Below, one piece after another: positions 61,381-64,000 of a stretch of DNA of 64,000 bases; the first letter of the stretch is position 1; each line of letters starts with the position of its first letter. A program made the translations under genes and the position numbers. Under the pieces are notes generated by a model that worked only from the letters and a program-made list of their open reading frames with translations, ran no database searches and was not told the origin of the DNA. Location of the stretch: NCBI RefSeq assembly GCF_016432865.1, contig NC_067399.1, positions 633,702,001 to 633,766,000 on the forward strand, read 5' to 3'. This DNA is from Antechinus flavipes (taxonomy: Eukaryota).

Positions 61381-63783
61381 AAAAAAAAAAGAAAGAAAGA
61401 AAGAAAGAAAAGAAAAGAAAGAGCAAGAAAAACACCCTCAGCTGTGACTGGAGAGAAAGCCATTTTGACTAAAAGAAGCTCTTGAGTGGGACAGGGGAAG
61501 GAAGAGTAAAATGCATTTGTTTTAAAGGTTTTAAAAGGTCAAGAAGAAGTAGATGGAAGTGAGGGTACAAATTTAAACTCATTTCCTAAAGTAAGAAAGA
61601 GGAAATAGCAGTGGCCCCTGAATGTCCTCACTGGAAAAGAAATGGGTCTCAGGTTTCAGAGAACCAAGTGAAGAGGTCTGCTGAGAAGTGCCCTTCTTCT
61701 TCCTCCTCCCCTTTCTTTACCTAAATCTTTCTTAACCAGTTCAAATCTCATCTCCTTTACAAACATCTCTCTCCTTCCTGGTGATTATCATTGTACTGTA
61801 GGCTTTTAGTCTTTAATAGTTTTGTCAGAATTTAATATTTAGTAAGTGTAGTCTTCCCCAGATGCAATATAATCATCTCTCAAGCAAAGACTGACTTACA
61901 CTTTTTTGTGTTCTCCCGAGCTGGAATCAAAAAGCACTTTCTGATTTTAGATAGATTGTTACAGGTCTGTGTTTTGTGAAGTTGTGAAGCTAGAGATGAT
62001 TCATGTAGAGGGAACTGTTTTAGGGAGTGTGGACAGGTCCATGCAAACTCCATTAACCAGGAAGAATTGTGAAGTCAAGCACCAGAGAGGAATATACTTT
62101 CTGAAGCTAAATGGGAAGCAGAGATTTACTGAGAGCAATCTGGTCAGTTCCTTTTGACCAAAATTTAGATTAAAAGAATTCTTTCCTCCTTCTTTTCCCT
62201 TTTTCCCTTTTTCCCTCCTTCCCTCCCTCCCTCCCTCTCTTCTTTACTTCCTTGCTTCCTTCCTTCCTTCCTTTTTTCCTTCCTCCCTTCCTCTATTCCA
62301 TTCTTTTAACTAGACCTATGATTTCCTTTTGTAGAGAATTCCCAGTGAGAAACTCCTTCTCCCAGTGTAGTTCAGCACCTGAATGGGCACTATTCAAAGT
62401 TATAATTATATAAAATACAGTAACTGATTCCAACCCAATGCAATTATGCAAATTCAAATAATGTGACCAATTCAGGGGATTCATTACTTCCACTAATACA
62501 GACCTAGCTGCATTTGTGATTTTAGAGCGTTGCCTAGAATACTGAGAGGTTAAATAATGTATCTGGGATCTTACAAACAGCATATATAAGAGACAAGGCT
62601 TGAACCCAGTGCCTTCCTCCTCCAAGGACAACCCTTCATCCTCTGCATTGTTTTGCTTCTCAATAGGAATTCACTGTTAATGGTAAATATCAAATTTTTA
62701 TTCCATGTTTACTGCCCTTCCTAGATAACTCAAGGGGTATGTGCTTTTCAAAACTACAAAACTATAAGTCTGAGCTAATGTCATTTAAATAAGATCTCTC
62801 AAATCTTAATTCAGATCATTTTAAATTTAATTTGCTTGATTCCTAGATTAATCACCAGAGGGTTGAAGATCAGGTATGGAATTTTTTTCTGCACATAGAA
62901 ACCAAGAGTACCACAGACAGAAGGATGGATGGAATGTGTCCACATTGGTGTAGGATGTTGATCATGTAGATGAAAAAATATATAATGGAAGCATTGAAAT
63001 ATCAGTATCTTTAAAGTCAAAAGGCTTCAGGATATCCCTCAATTATTACAGTTTGAGTGACTGAATTCTCTGGAGTCAGGGAATAATCTGATTTTATATT
63101 ATTTTAATATCTTTCTTTGTAATATTTGGGTATCAGATTAGCAAGTATTTATTAAGTACCTGCTGAATGAATGGCCAGATCATGAAAGATGCTTCAGGAG
63201 ATGAAATACACGGGGCAGACTCATTGAGAAGCTAGGAGTTTGGGTACCTAGGCAAGAGACCACTTGAAATGACTGGAGAATAAGAAGTAACTTTGTCTCT
63301 ATACTTCCATTTTCTTGTTTGCAAAATGCCAGAGTTGATTTTTTTAAGAAATGAAACTAAATTCTACAAAATTTTAATGTTTGTTATGAATGAACTTTTT
63401 TATTGTACAGTCACTTTTCAATGTCTGCCTCTTTTCAGTTTCTGATCCTTGTCTGAGGTTTTCCTGGTAGAGATTCTAAAGTCTTTTCTTTCTCCAATTC
63501 ATTTTTCAGCTGAGGAAATTAAAGTGACTTGGCCAGAGCCACACAACTAGAAATTGTCTCAGGTCACATTTGAACTCAGGTCTTGTGAGTTCAGCCCTGT
63601 ACTCTATACACGGACCACCTAACTGCCCCTTTAACGATCAAGCTTGTCCCTAAAGAAGAGATAGAAAAATAGAAATAGTTGACTTCTTCTTACAGAAGAA
63701 GGACACTATGGCAAGGACCATTACACATATTATTAAATTCAGTTGATCTACTGGCTTATTTAGCAAAATTGTCCACCTTGTTT

Positions 63784-63787
<4 letters not shown>

Positions 63788-63822
<35 letters not shown>
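63788..63822. repeat. A35 homopolymer
   Basis: Seen directly. Confidence 0.95.
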
Positions 63823-63824
<2 letters not shown>

Positions 63825-63859
63825 TTTCAAGATGACTTGCTGGTATAGAAGGGGCAAGA

Positions 63860-64000
63860 ACATACTGGTAAATTTTTAACAACATGTTCTCCAAAAAATA
63901 TGGATGATATATTTAAAATTTAATCTAAATTATTCATATTTTTTCTGGACTTGATTAAGTCTAGATAATTTACAAAATAATAAATTAAGCCTTGATTTAT
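63860..64000 (-). mobile_element. Second MER63-like hAT element, truncated by the window edge
   Basis: catactggtaaatttttaacaacatgttctcc TIR region; caaaataataaat (63973-63985) is the exact reverse complement of atttattattttg (3943-3955). Confidence 0.75.

Overview
AT-rich, CpG-poor, repeat-dense stretch of a mammalian draft assembly with ten N-gaps. The repeat set (WSINE1-like and MAR1/WALLSI-type SINEs, marsupial L1 3' ends, MER63-type hAT elements, abundant MIR, L2 and L3/CR1) points to a marsupial; an Australian dasyurid is my best guess, and family names are from recall, not a database search. I recognise no protein-coding gene, tRNA, rRNA or CRISPR array. The supplied ORFs are explained by gaps, microsatellites and decayed retroelements. 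The window looks like a large intron or gene desert with several repeat-free, motif-dense blocks that may be conserved enhancers. Highlights: (1) a MER63-like hAT transposon inserted into a MIR3 and expanded to about 2.5 kb by a two-tier VNTR seeded from its own sequence, with an unexpanded copy at the window end as an internal control; (2) an orphan CpG cluster at 6.4-7.3 kb with an inverted pair of M-box/CLEAR-type E-boxes; (3) a GC-rich double gap at 15.8-16.3 kb that may hide a promoter or exon; (4) several minus-strand exon candidates that could belong to one unidentified gene; (5) a short unidentified insertion whose end appears twice, each time beside a gap; (6) TCF/LEF, E-box and homeodomain site clusters. 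Repeat boundaries are approximate (roughly +/-20-50 bp).
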